Below, piece after piece: positions 51,282 to 64,000 of a stretch of DNA of 64,000 nucleotides. The stretch spans positions 1,116,001 to 1,180,000 of the forward strand of contig MU057711.1 in assembly GCA_013265495.1 (NCBI GenBank), in the 5' to 3' direction. A program made the translations under genes and the position numbers. The DNA is from Vicugna vicugna (Eukaryota). Under the pieces are notes generated by a model that saw only the letters and a list, made by a program, of their open reading frames with translations, did not search any database and was not told the DNA's origin. Numbering within the stretch: position 1 is the first letter of the stretch; each line of letters opens with the position of its first letter.

Positions 51282-51564
51282 TGTGCTTTACCTGTGCTTT
51301 CCCCTCTGAAAGGTCTCTATACTCCTGAACCAATATTGAAGACAGGGCAAGTTCTATACGTGACATCTCTAAACAGCTTACAGAGAAGAGAGAGCCCCAC
51401 CGTTCCCTGGCACAAGGCTGAAGGGCAGAAGATTTGGGATGTACAACTCCTTGATATTGGTACAGATAGCAGCTAAAACCAGGGGGAAAACAAGTCTGGA
51501 GGCTCTGCAGGATGCAGGCTCATTTTAAATCTTTTCCAAGTAACTTACATGTTTCTTTTTATGA

Positions 51565-52690
51565 CTAGGAGTTGAATTCACCAAGACAAAGCGAACTAGA
51601 CCACATGCTGCGTCATCCTAATTCTGCTTTCCTTTATTTGCATGCAGTTTATCTCGTTGTTACATCATTATTACAAACTGGGGAAACAGGAAAACTGAGT
51701 GAAGTAAGAATGGGTTATATATACACGAGCTTAGCTTGGTCAAATCCAGCTGTAGTATTGGGATCAGTCTTGGGTGCCCTCCTTCTGGGCACATACATGC
51801 AAACGTTAGGCATTTTTTCTTCTTTTATGCTTATTTTTTCACTCAAGTTTTTGGCGACTTGTACACTTTCTTTCAGCTTACTAACTTAACTAATTTTATT
51901 TCTATTAGTCTTGATAATTTCCTTCACTCCGATACAATAGATTCCCCAAGGATCAGTACTGTTAACACTTTTCATCAAAGATAGTGAAGGTTTGCTTAAC
52001 AAATCCACGGATGATATTAACCTGTAAGGCAGAGCTTTCCAATTCAAGCATGGAATCAGAGAATCAGGATTTATAAAGATTTATCATTATTTGGAAAGAG
52101 ATATCCAAACTGTCATATTGTAAAGAAACAGAAAGAACTATAAAATCATACATTTAATTTAAAAATTATCAATTAGTGGGACTTTCATTTTCTTAATGAA
52201 AAAGATCTGGAGGATTTAGTTGAGCACAGGCTCAATATAAACCAACTGTGTAATATGCCTGCTAAAAAGCTTGCACAGTTGTGGGCTGCATTAATAGGAG
52301 TATAGTGACTAGACTGAGGGAAGTGATTGTGTTCTGGACTGGCCAGGTTGCACATGTTCTCTCCTGGTGTAGGGTGGGGTATCTCAAGGCAGAGTTCAGA
52401 GGCAGAAGATGATGGAGGATGTGAAACACAAAGAATGACAGGAATCTGAGATAGTTGTTCTGGAGGAGAGCAGACCAAGGGTAGGCAATTCACAGTTTCA
52501 AACTCCTGCAGGACCAGCTGTGTGAAAGAGATACAGCTCAGGGCAGCCCTGTCCAGGGGACCAGGGCTGGACAGGTCTCAGCTCACGTTAAGTAGCAAAA
52601 TTAGAGCCATCCAGCAAAAGGAGGAGTTGCTCTGAGCTCTCTGGAGCCTTCGTCTTTGTGCAGAGGGAGAATGAACATCTGTCAGAGTTG
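51565..52690 (+). mobile_element. L3/CR1 LINE relic covering the reverse-transcriptase domain
   Basis: In-frame IPQGSVLLTLFIKDSEGLLNKSTDDINL* from 51941 (compare CR1 VPQGSVL...SKFADDTKL); EKDLEDLVEHRLNINQLC from 52198, then GCINRSIVTRLREVI after a frameshift. Confidence 0.85.
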
Positions 52691-53959
52691 CTCTGGAAAG
52701 ATTACCTGCACTTGGAAAGAAGTTGGACCCAGTGAGCTCTTCCCAGCTCTGACAGTCCTTGGTTCTTTGTCGTCCATTCAGGCCTCACATGAACTGTGCG
52801 AGGTAAGCAGAGTGGTGATATGATTTCTGTCCTGGAGATGAGAGTTGAAGTGACTTGTCCAAGAACTGCAGAGGGATGGCTGAGCTGGGCTCGAAACTCA
52901 GGCTGATCGACTCCCAGCCCACAGCTCTTTCCACAAGACTGGGCTTTGCCCTGGAAGAACCATATGGAAAACTGGTTTTTATTTTTGCCTCCTGTGAAAG
53001 TCTCAGTGAACAACCAGGAGCCTCTACTGGGCTGGGCCTGGGGAAGGCCCGAAGAGAGGAAGAGGGCTCCTTCTGGGGAGGAATTGGTCACTGGCTTTGA
53101 CTTTCTGAAATTTAGGTTTGCTCTGCCTGCTCTGTGCACCGTTTCCCTGGCTGTATGCATCGAGATGAACAGTAAGCACTCTGACCTAGTTCATGTCACC
53201 TCTCTGAGGAACGGGACACTGGAGGAGCCAGACCAAATGGCTCAGGCACTCCCTTTCTGTCCCAATCAAATGGCATTTCCCAGCCTTCATGCTTTTCTGG
53301 CCCAGCGAGGCAGCATATCTGACTCAAATGCAATTTCCTTTCAGCTGATTGGCTCCTGACAGGAATCATCCCTTGCCTGCTTGCAGAAAGCTTGGCACTC
53401 TGTGAACAATAGGTTGCAGGTAGGAGACACTAGAGGCCGGAAGACAGCTAGGAGGCCTTGGGGATGGCCGCTTGGGGTAGGGTAAGTTGGTGGGGTAAGG
53501 AGGAAGAAGTGTATTTGAGAATACTAGAGATGTGTTGTCTGGCTGGTTCCAGGTAACTTCCTAGTGACTCAAAGGATTGAGTGTTTAAGAGTTGCCAAGG
53601 GAGGGATGTTAGACCCCACTGGTCCACCTGATGGTGGCCGTATTCCTGGCTCAGCAGCCCTTGGTGTCTCCATGTGCCTTCAGTTTCTCATGCAGGTGGG
53701 TACCCTTAATGGGAAGGGGCCTCTGTGGCCTTCTGCTACCCAAGAACCAGCGGGCTGAGAGCTACCCTTCCCATTGAGTGCACAGGCATTAACCCAGTTC
53801 TTAGCCCTACGCCCTGCAACATGCAGAGACCATAAGGGCGCGTCCTCAGTGCCCCTTCTCTGCCTCCGCTCCTTTTTCCCCAAGCATGTATTTCACATTT
53901 GACTTCCAGCCCAGGCAGAACCCATCCACCTCTTCCCTAAGATGGCTAAGGGTTGTCAC

Positions 53960-54330
53960 CAGGCTGCAAATGAGCAGCTTCGATTGCTCGGGAAAAGATA
54001 TTACAATTTTATCTCCTTGTACTGTTCAATAAAACATTAGTATCTCAGCATTTTTATTTAACAATTGGCAACCTTAGGCCAGTAATTATGCAACAATTAT
54101 AATCATAAAAACTGTCCCCTGCTGCTCACCTAGAAACACGAATATATTAAACCAAGACTAACCATCTAAAAGGCAAGCAGCAAAGCCCCCTCATTTTTAA
54201 TGTTCCTGCAGTGCACCATGGGAAGCTAATAATTCACCCTCTAATTAGTGTCCCTTCTGCTGCTGTTGGCACAAGGACACACAAAGAGGGAGCAGCTTCG
54301 TTACAGACTCGCCCTGGTAATCTTTAAACG
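53960..54330. promoter_or_regulatory. Candidate conserved non-coding enhancer block
   Basis: AT-rich unique island in GC-richer DNA with AACAAT x2, TAATTA/TAATTAG, CAATAAAA, TCATAAAA and TTGGCAAC motifs. Confidence 0.4.
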
Positions 54331-56589
54331 TCGGATGCTCTGCGGGTTGGCTGAGCAGAGTGGGGGCAAACTGGGGTGTGCGGTTAGAGGCGGGCAGGAG
54401 TGCACCTCGTCCTGACAGGGTGTTTCTGCCCTAACGAGCTCCAGGCAAGCACCCCGCCAGCCCGTCCCCAGACCTCTTTGCTTTTGAGCCACGCTATTTC
54501 TCTTCTTGCTTGTCCTTTATTAAACATGGCCATGGGAAGGGACTGGAGTGGCAGCAGTGGTTGAGAGGGTGGGTGGAATGTGAACAAGTACCGGCCCCTC
54601 TGAGTGCCGCAGTGTGTCAGGCTCCCAGCCTGGAGATGTTGATGGTGAGGGCTTCCCCGGCTGGAGGGCGAGAAAGCCAGTGGGAAGTGATGGGGGGGTA
54701 CTCTATGGACGCCATCTGCCCTAGAGAGGAGGGTGTGTGCATATCCCCCAAAACTTCCAGAGTGGATAACACTGCCTGTGATTCTCTGACCCCAGCCCCA
54801 GCCTGATGTATGTTCCTGCACACAGCCCTCCGAGGGGTCGTGGGATCAAGTAGGGCTTCTTAAGGACCACAGAGTCTGTTCTGGCTAACCCTGTCATTGT
54901 ACAGATGGAAAAAAAACCAAAGCCCAGGTGAGAAAACAGTCATTGGAGGTGACAAACACAAAAGTTTTCAAGGACCCAAGTGTTGGGGCAAGAGGGAGTG
55001 ATGGGGGCCGCGGTGAGTGATGGGCGCTCACACATTCAGTGGGGTGGCTGCGACTTAATTCTAGCTGATTTGCCACACTCACAGAACATGCCTCTAGTGT
55101 GGTTGGATCTTTGGATTTTGTCAGAGAAACCAGAAATCTAGACTTTTTTCCAGTGGAATCTTCTGAAGTAAATGTTTTGAACACTCTAGAATTACATAAC
55201 CAGGTAATTATTTCTTGTGTTTGTTTGTTTGTTTAATGTAATTTGCCTCTCCAAGCCAGACCTAGCCTGAATGCTTTCAGTGTGGGACTTCTGGATTCTG
55301 GGCCAGCATCCGTGGGACACAGAGCCAGATGACACGGAATTCTCTGTGTTGAGTTTTGGATCCAGTTTGACCAGTAATTGGCCTTCCCCGCATCTTGCCT
55401 GTGTGGCCAGCCAGGCAGGCTGTCTCATTGGACAGTTGAAACCAGTGTGGAAGAGAGTCGTGGAACAGCTGGGTACAATTAGGAAGCCAGGATTAAGCCT
55501 AGGTTTAAAAAAGATGGGGCATTTTTCTCTCCATCGCCAGCTCATTAATTTTCCCACTTTGACAGCTGCAGCATTCCCAAGGCCAGCTGAAGCCAAATCT
55601 TTTCTCCTCCAGAGCCAATTGAGAGAGAGAATATGGAAGATTTGGTGGCAAGGTTCTCTGTGATCTGAGATGAGAGGGCTGAGTCATGAACTCCTTGGGT
55701 ATTTGGGCTGATTCTCTCAGAGCACCACCCTCCATCCAGAGAGCGGCTCCTGCCAGAGGAGAAGGATGGCGGAGAATTGAGCTGGGAGGTCAGAAGGGCT
55801 TTGTTCGAAAAGGGGAGAAGCCCCCAGGCTTGAGTTGGAGCTGCCATTGTTGCCAAGATCTTCTTGCCACAAGCCTTTGCCGCGTCACTGCTTCTGACTG
55901 CTGCCCCAGCTGTTCCCAACACGCATGTCTGGGTCATCACCCAGGATGGGATGGTCCAGAAAGAGGGCCAGCAGGAACCTCAGTAAGTTAGATCAAGGTC
56001 AGGGAGACATCAGAGGGCCTTTCTTGAGCCCCAGGGGACCAGCGATTTGGCATATCTATAATGCAATGATCTCAGCTGCAAGGGAATCACTGCTGTTCTT
56101 TTGCTGGGGACTCCCTAACGGAAGGAGAATGCCTTTTATTTGACCCTTTTGTTTTTAACTCAAATAGCAAAAATGAAAACACTACTGGAGCTCTCCTCCT
56201 GGCCTAAGGAGGAGTCTGTGTCCTGAAGGATGGTTGGAGCAGCAGGGACAGCTGCTGCAGAAACTGGGTGTTAAGAGAACTGCCTGGGCTCTCTGTGGCT
56301 GCTCTTTTGGCAGGAAAAGCTGAGTGCTCTGTTTTTGGGGAACAGGTTGTTTTGTGTTTTTTTTTTAAGCATTAAATTAAAAAAATTACAATAGGTTTTG
56401 ACTCAGGAGAGCCACATCTGTTGATAATAAGGAAATATCTATCCCATCCTTGAGTTCTTGTTTCATATATCTACTATCCAAAAGAATGGAGGAGAAACTA
56501 ACATTGATTTTCTCATTGTTAGGGTTTTAATTACCTTTTCGTATTCTCCTTTACTTTTTCTCAGTTTCTCATCAGTTACATTTTCTCAT

Positions 56590-56700
56590 GATGTAGACAC
56601 TATTATCCCCGCTTGCAGATGAGGAAACTGAGGCTCAGAGAGATTAAGTAACTTGACCCAGGCCACACAGCTGGTAAAAGATGGAGTCAAGTTTCAGGTA
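56590..56700 (-). mobile_element. MIR SINE core
   Basis: cagatgaggaaactgaggctcagagagattaagtaacttgacccaggccacacagctggtaa. Confidence 0.85.
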
Positions 56701-57845
56701 TTTGTAGAGGAGACTAATCCATACCCTCCCAGCATCTTGGACGGACTCCCATCTTTTCATCCTACAATTTAGTGGTTTTCATCTTGGAGCATGTTTCTGA
56801 ATCAGATTCCCATCTTTCATTCCAGAATTACTGAATCATAATAAAAATTTGCTGGGGCCCAGGCATTCATTAATTTACATGTCAGTCCTCACACCTCTGA
56901 GTGAGCACCACTGATTTAGAAAGAAGGATGCAAGATCTAGAATCAGAAGCCCTGGATCCGAGCCCTTTCTAGTGCTCCTTCTCACCTCTCAACCCCACCT
57001 TGTCATCTTAAAGCAAGTTCAAAAATGCATGACTGTGGAAGGCTGTCCCAGGGGTCAAATGAGATTCTGTTCATGTAGATACTTTGTAAATGCCAGAATT
57101 GCTTTGCAAATATTGGTCATCATTCTTGTAGACACACCGCGATTTGAGCCCAGTCTTTCCCTCCAGAATTACACAAGTTCACAGTCACACTGGAACTTAG
57201 TTGAGAGCCCTTATTTGAAAATCTGACAACCTGGCTTCTTCGTCCTGCACAGTTGTTTGCTGATGATTAAATTATTGTAAATTAGTTCTACTCGTAGCAT
57301 AATAAATGTCATTAGCATGACTAATCACACACCTGATTATACAACCCACTCCTCCCCTCTGCAGTGTATTTCCTGCATCCCACTCCCGATAAATCCAGCG
57401 TTGATACAGAGCCCTTGTTAGGGCTGATGGATGGTGCGTGGGGATGTTTGCTGGGTGTGTGATCTAACTCTGCCCCCAGCTGGGAAGACCTTTGGAGAGC
57501 GGCCACAGACCGGGGCAGAGATGGTCAGGCCAGAGGTACCAGGTGTGCCCCTGCTTCTTTGGCTTCACTTCCAGGAGTTACTGTGATTGTTGTTGTTGTT
57601 GTTTAGTTCCTCCTCCTACTACTATTTGTTGACTTCACTGTGTATCAGGCACTGTATGAAATCCCTTAATGTCATTATTTTATTCATGGAGGTATCTTTA
57701 AAAATGTATTCCTTACGGAAAACTTACGATGTGGGTATTACTATAGTTATTCCCATTCTAAAGAAAAGAACACAGAGACGGAAGCTAACTTGCCCAGGTC
57801 ACCTATTAGAAGTGGCAGAGCAAAGGTTTGTGCTCACATCTTCCT

Positions 57846-57917
57846 GGCTCAAAGGTGGCTTATGCTCACACCATTCTCCCCGGCTCAAAGGTGGCTTATG
57901 CTCACACCATTCTCCCC
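57846..57917. repeat. Perfect 36-bp tandem duplication
   Basis: ggctcaaaggtggcttatgctcacaccattctcccc x2. Confidence 0.97.
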
Positions 57918-59892
57918 CCACTGCCTCCCTGTGCGGAAAGAAATCGAGCCAGACCTGCTCTGCTGGTAGATTTGGGTAATTTAGGGGCTTGATGAGCGGA
58001 GGAGAAGGGTGAACCAAAGTTACGGGGTGTGGACAGGTGTGTTCTCCTGGTCGTTAGGGAGGTGGAGAGGTGGTGCTGTAGTGATGCATTGGTGGTGGTC
58101 ATCTTTCCACGGTGGCTGGTGGTGGAGAAGAGGTGGTTTTGTGCTGTGCAGAGAGGACAGGATATTAATGAGAAGACCCTGTGTTCTGGTCCTGGCTCTC
58201 CCTCCTGTCTCTTACTTGCCCTTAGACTTATCACCGAACCTGTCTCGGCCTCAGTTTTCTCATCACGAGGCTGTTTTGAGGATCAAATGAAATTAAGGTT
58301 GTGAAAGCAATTTGTAAGCTGTGAAGTGATTTCCATATGCAAAGAACTATTTTTAACCTTCTCTGGTGAATGAGGGCAGCCAGAACTTAGGACCTACAGC
58401 CCTGAGTTTTACACCAGTGGAGATTTCCTTTCCAGCTAAGCAGGTGGTGTTGGTGGGGGGTGGCAAAGCAGGTAGTCCAAGCTCGTACAAGGATGCCAGT
58501 TCTGGAGAGGACCCTCACCCCAAGGACCCTGCCTGTGACCTTGTTAATGTGCATGTTCTGTGCTTCACAGAAAAGAGGAATTCTTGAGAGTAAATTTCTG
58601 TAATGACAGTAAAAATGAGCCCCCTAGATTTGAATGCACAGTAATCGGAGTTGTTTTTCTGCTTAGTACTGTGCCTTCCAGTCTAAAGACAACTCAAGCA
58701 GACTTGCTGTGTAGAGTGAGTGACACTGAGTGAGAAACTGTCCAGACCTATACATTGTCAAGGCCCTTGGCATCTCTGGGTAGAATCTAAAGTCCAGGGC
58801 AGTGGAGTCAGTGTACTGACTAGGATTGCTACATACACTCATGGACTTTAGGTCTCCAAAAATAAGAGGCACAGCTACCGATTATTTTAAAATTGATTGC
58901 CGATGACATTTTTGCAAGAGTCAAAGGCCTGTTATTATTATATTTTTTACAGTATGTATAGTTTAAACACATTTGCTAAAATCTATGCTAAGTGCTTTCT
59001 CCAATAGGATTCTAGGAATTTAAAGAATTTGTGGGTTTTCAATGGAAGAGATTTCTAAAGGATCCAGGTCTTGGAGTGCATGTTTCTATCTGGACCTGAA
59101 AAATGTGGATCCTTTGGGGCCAGAGGTATTGTCGATAAAATCAGCACCTAGATTCATGGCTGCAGCAGATAGAGGCTATTTTCTGCGTGATGATGGAAAT
59201 CTAGCCACCTGATACATTGTTATTACAGCTGAATTTAAGGACGCTCTTAAGCCAAGAGCATCATGCTGGGTCAACAAGAGCAAAATTGATCAGGCCACCT
59301 GCTTGAGTAATGGCATCAGCTATGGTGTGATGTTCAGGATCTGGGTCCTGCATCCAACTCTGGTCCATGTGTCAAGGAAGCCTGGACTTGGTCTTTAGAT
59401 GTTTTGTCTTCCTTTGGCACCCCACCCTCACCTACTGCCCTCTAAGGTGGACCTGGTAGAAGGCCTTTCCAAAACTGAGCTCTAATCATGTCATGTTCAA
59501 TGGTTATTGATTGCTTCCACGTAACTGGTCCTGATCCTTCTCTCTGGACATATTTCCTCATGCTTCCTTTGTACAGAACATTCTTCAGTCACACTGAACC
59601 TGCCTTTTGTGTGTGCCCATGGCTCCCCTTGCCATGCTGTTACTCACGCCATCCTCTTTCCTTGGAATGCCACTCTTCATCGCCATGAGTCCAGATTCTA
59701 TCCATTTGTTAAGGCACAGAATAGGTTCCACCTCTTACATAATCTCTTTCTAGAAGTGATCATTTCCTCCTCTGAGCTCCCATGACATTTTGGGGGTATT
59801 AAGAATATGATTGAGGATGAAATCTTTGAAAGTGGCTTAGAATCAAATGCCAATTCTATCACTTACTGGCTGGGTGAACGTGAGCAATATTC

Positions 59893-60133
59893 TTATTTTT
59901 TTAAAACAACTTTATTATGACATAATTTCTCTATGGTAAATTTCACATATTTCAGATGTACAATTTGGTGAATTTTGATAGATGTTTATACCTATGAAAC
60001 CACCACCACAATCAAGATACCTAACAATGCCATCACTCCCCAAGAGGTACAAATTTCAAACTCCCAACTTATCCCCTCCCACCCCCTTTACCTCCTGGTA
60101 ACCATAAGTTTGTTCTCTATGTCTGTGAGTCTG
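59893..60133 (-). mobile_element. L1 3' fragment with a chimeric 3' end, inserted in a MIR
   Basis: 11-bp TSD gagcaatattc (59882-59892 / 60134-60144); homologous to 47119-47355. Confidence 0.88.
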
Positions 60134-61289
60134 GAGCAATATTCGAAAATGGGATTAATAATAATATAATTAATTCATAGGTTGTAGTAAGAATTGAACA
60201 TTTTATTACATGATGATTTCCAATAGCATCTGATATATGGCAAGTGTTAACATTTTTACATTTTACTGCTATTTTAAAGTATCCAACAATAGTTATCGAG
60301 CACTTGCTATGTGCCTAGTATCATGTAAGGCATTGGAGATGTACAGTCAGTGATGGACACCATCCCTGCCTCACAGAGATAACAGTCTAACAGGTAAGAA
60401 ACACCAACTGAACCATGTATTATGATGGTTGTTCTATTGATTTTACCTTCTTTTCCAGACTATGAGGGCAAGGCTACCATCCTATATTTTCCTGCACTTT
60501 TGGAGTGTCCAGCATAGTGTTTCATGCATAGTAAATAGTATGTCAATGAATACAATATGGCTAAAGGCAAAATCAGTCACCAGTTCAAGCTGGAGCTTTC
60601 CGTACCAATAATTGTTGGACATGGACTCTGGTTCCCATGGGAAAGATCTTGAATAGAATGCTTTGGCTGGACTCCTGGGCCAGGGGCCAGGCATGGCATG
60701 AGTTGCTGGTTAGAAGTGGGACCAAGGGCAAGAGTCCTTCCAGTGCGGCTTGTAGGCAGACTGCCCCCAATTCTTCTTGCCCCCGTGAAATAAATCCCTT
60801 GTTTCTAAAATCTAAAATGTGTAAAGCTGATGCAACAGGAAACATATTAGTTTGGTAGCCAGAGCATCTGGATTTCAGTACAAACTCTGTTACAAAACAT
60901 CTGTGTGACATTGAACAAACCTCTCCCATTTCCTGAGCCTCAGTTTCCCCATTGGAAAAATGAGAAGGTTGGCTTAGATCAGTGGTTTTTAAACTCATCC
61001 TCTCCTTTCCCCATTCTTTTATATGTTCCCTTCTTTCTTCTATTTTTCATTCCTCTTGTAACCTAAACCATTTTTTTTTAACATTCAGAAATGTTCTGTT
61101 TGAAATGAGACTGGAAATCCTGGGGCTTCTAACATTCAGCTCTCCTTTCCTTCGCTACTTCCTACATTGGCCCAAGAAGTGCTTCTAAACATCCCTGGGG
61201 TTCCAGCAGGCCCTGGATGGGAAAACCCCTGGCCTCTTAGCTCTTAGGGCCCTTTATGCTTCAGCATTCTATGACTCAGGGCAACAGAA

Positions 61290-61570
61290 CCCAAATGCCT
61301 TTAATTAAAATCATTTCAACTTATCCCCATTAACTATGATGGATGCACCCAGCGGAGAATAAGTGCATTAACGCTATCATTATCCATTGAGGATGTTTTA
61401 TTGATTCTGCAATGATATTTTAGTCAGTTTGTATTATTTAGTTTCTGACTTAAATCAGGAAGATATAGCTATTGGTGAAGCAATTAATCATCTAAATCAA
61501 ATTACCATCGACGCTTTTAGAAATAATTGTCTAGCATAGACCTACTGGCCAATGTTAGTTGCTGTGATGA
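61290..61570. promoter_or_regulatory. Candidate conserved non-coding enhancer block
   Basis: TTAATTAA, TGATGGAT (61337-61344), CAATTAATCA, TAAATCAA and many ATTA cores in unique sequence. Confidence 0.4.
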
Positions 61571-64000
61571 CTGATGAGGTGGGCTGAGGAGAAGGCTTCA
61601 GTTTGCCTTTCCAAGGTTGCAGGAAATGTCAGTACCTTGGACTTTCATAAATGTCTTTTCTCCAACTCAACCTTCTGGACTCCATTCTGGGTCAGTAGAC
61701 AACTCCAAGGCAGGGCTGATCCAAGGATTTGTAAGTTTCTGCATCCTCAGGAGCTTCTCCGTCCAAGCAGTAGTGTTTCTGCTCCTGGCATCTGGGCTCC
61801 TTCCTCTCTTGAGGGGACAACAGGGAAAGTCTGAGAGATTAAGAACCTTTGATTTGGAATCTTTTCAGTGAGAATTCTGTAGTTGCAAGTGACAGAAAAC
61901 TCGATGTAAACAGACTTGGGTAAAGAGAAAGCTGGTTCTCATAGTGAAATGTCCAAAGGAGGGTCTGCTTTCAGTGGATCTGGTCCAAGCTCACGTGATG
62001 TCACAAGGTCTGGCTTCTCTGTTCCTCAGGCTGGTTTTCCTACACATCTGGGCCTTATTTTCTAGCTTTGTAGTGGCAAGAAAGGGGCAGCAACTCCGTC
62101 TCCCTAGTTCCAGCTGCACTCCCTGGGGAGAACATTGCTGCTTTCTCTCCTAGACCCCCAGGAGAAGATTCACCATATCCAGGAGAGGATGCACCGTATC
62201 TCGCTGGCTCAGCTTCTCTCTCATGTCAAATGTGGTGGCTGTAGGCTGGCTGCAGCTGCTATGGCCCTGCTTGGCTCTGCTGGGCTCCTCACCACGTATC
62301 TTCCCATTCAGGGGTAGGAACAGTCTTTATGTCCCTATGTCACCAGGAAACTGAGCTGACCTATACAGTCAATCTGAAGCTTCTGCTCAGATGTGTTGGG
62401 TCATGACCACTTACATTCTATTGGTCAAAGTCATCCACCCAGCTAAGACAGTACCATAGAGGCTGGGAGGTATGCTCTTTCCATGGAGGGAGAGGTGAGT
62501 GAGCATTTGCAGACAGTAGCAGACTCAACCATAGCTCCCAACCTATATAAGCCAAGAGGGAAAAGGGGAGATTTTGCAAAGGAAAACTAGGGTACAATTT
62601 GATGGAAGGAGGGTAAAGATCAGTCATCCTCCTTTGATTATAATCCCCCCCCCCATCCAGTCATTGAAATGTCTCTACCACCAAAGATATCACGCACCCT
62701 CTGTTCCCAAATGAAGGGACTTGTAACCTGCAGGGGCAGACTATTTTGTATTTTAATTGCTCTGCCATCTCTCCAGGAAAAATAAATAGTGAAAAGTCTT
62801 TCTTTAGCTCAAGCTATGCTATGGGCTTATACAAAAGGAAGTTGGGGAGAAAGGTGAAAAAATGACTTAGGACTCATTTTGGGAGCTTCACTGCAAGGAA
62901 AAAGAAAGAAAGAAGCAAGGTGTGGAAGGAAAAAGCAAGATAGAAAACCATTCTCTCAAGAGCTCTTCATTCTAATCTGTGCAGAGCAATGAAAATACTT
63001 GCCACCCATACATCTTTTAGATCTGAGTAATGGATTTGTGAGCAAAGGCGGGAGTCTTGGTCAGTGCAGAGGGCAGAGTGCTTGAGCAATGGGAACATGA
63101 CTTCCTTCTCTTTGATGTGCATTTGGATGAACTATTTACTTGCACTTGCTTTTAATTTACTGGCCAACAATTACAGCTGGCTAACAGGCCAACAGGCTGG
63201 CACGATGCACCCAATTATCTCCTGAAAATGTATTTCTGTGATTGGAGCTTTAATTGCAGATTAAATCAAATGCTCATGAACCCAGTCACCATTGAGGGAA
63301 TGAGACCAGCTAATGGAATAATGAGAGTTCTGACTCCAATTCAGAGGTAGAGGGACATGGGGAAAAGAGATTTGTTTTCTTCTTCTTCTTCTTTTTTCTT
63401 AAAAATTGTCTTTGAAAATATGGATGCCATAAACCCTACCAGAAGGCAGTGATGTTATGAAATGGGCAGCTTGCTCCAATCAGACCACAAATGGAACACG
63501 AGACTGTTCTGTTTCCTGGGAGTCACTCTCACATCTGCCTGCTTGGGTTGGTGTGGGTGCCAAGGTTGGCACTCCCATTACTGCAGATCAAACAGCTACG
63601 TCTTTGAATTTCAAATTCGCTGAACAGGTGAACAGATTTTCCTCTCTGAATACCTTCATCTGCTGATCTCAGATGTAGAGCATTGCTGCAGGGTCACATG
63701 GGGAAGGAGCCTGTGTCCCTGGGACTGATTCATTTATGCAGATGTGACATATGCCCAGAGCCCATAAGCCAGAGGCAACTTTCCCTGCTAACTCATGGCG
63801 CTTAATTCAGATTACTCCCCTCTTATGAAGAGCCAATTTGCCAATTATCCCTGAAATTTCTGATTAGGTGCCTTTTACCTAAGATACTGTGCCGTGGGCT
63901 GTGGACTTCTGAGGTTTATTTAATTCCCTCTGAAAGATGACTGGGGCTTGGCTGAGAATCACAAGCAAGCCACCCTTTTCTGGTACAAGCCAGTCTTTTT

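Noticed and set aside
1..64000. Assigning the window to a named locus or neighbouring gene
   Set aside because: There is no exon or other diagnostic sequence I can recognise; a synteny search is required.

Overview
This is mammalian (eutherian) genomic DNA, almost certainly camelid. It carries four tRNA-Ala-derived Vic-1-type SINEs and I saw no Alu, B1/B2, Bov-A/tA or PRE-1. I cannot support any protein-coding exon, RNA gene or CRISPR array: the ORF track is explained by repeats, GC-richness and chance. The window looks like a gene desert or a very large intron. Much of it is interspersed repeat: L1, L2, L3/CR1, MIR, MLT1/MLT2/MER21/LTR16-type LTRs, three ERV1-like solo LTRs and an internally deleted Tigger1. 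The non-repeat highlights are an orphan CpG island (~35.2-36.2 kb) with an AT-richer core of transcription-factor motifs, a perfect NRF1 palindrome just upstream, and several TAAT/Sox/Pbx-Hox-dense blocks resembling developmental enhancers. Other oddities are a solo LTR with 2 octamers and 4 CCAAT-type repeats, a chimeric L1 3' end present twice, a tailless L1 fragment patching a deletion in an MLT1, and a 223-bp tandem duplication that differs only in homopolymer lengths (probably an assembly artefact). I found no convincing novel biological system. Repeat family names were recognised by eye, and boundaries without a target-site duplication (TSD) are approximate.
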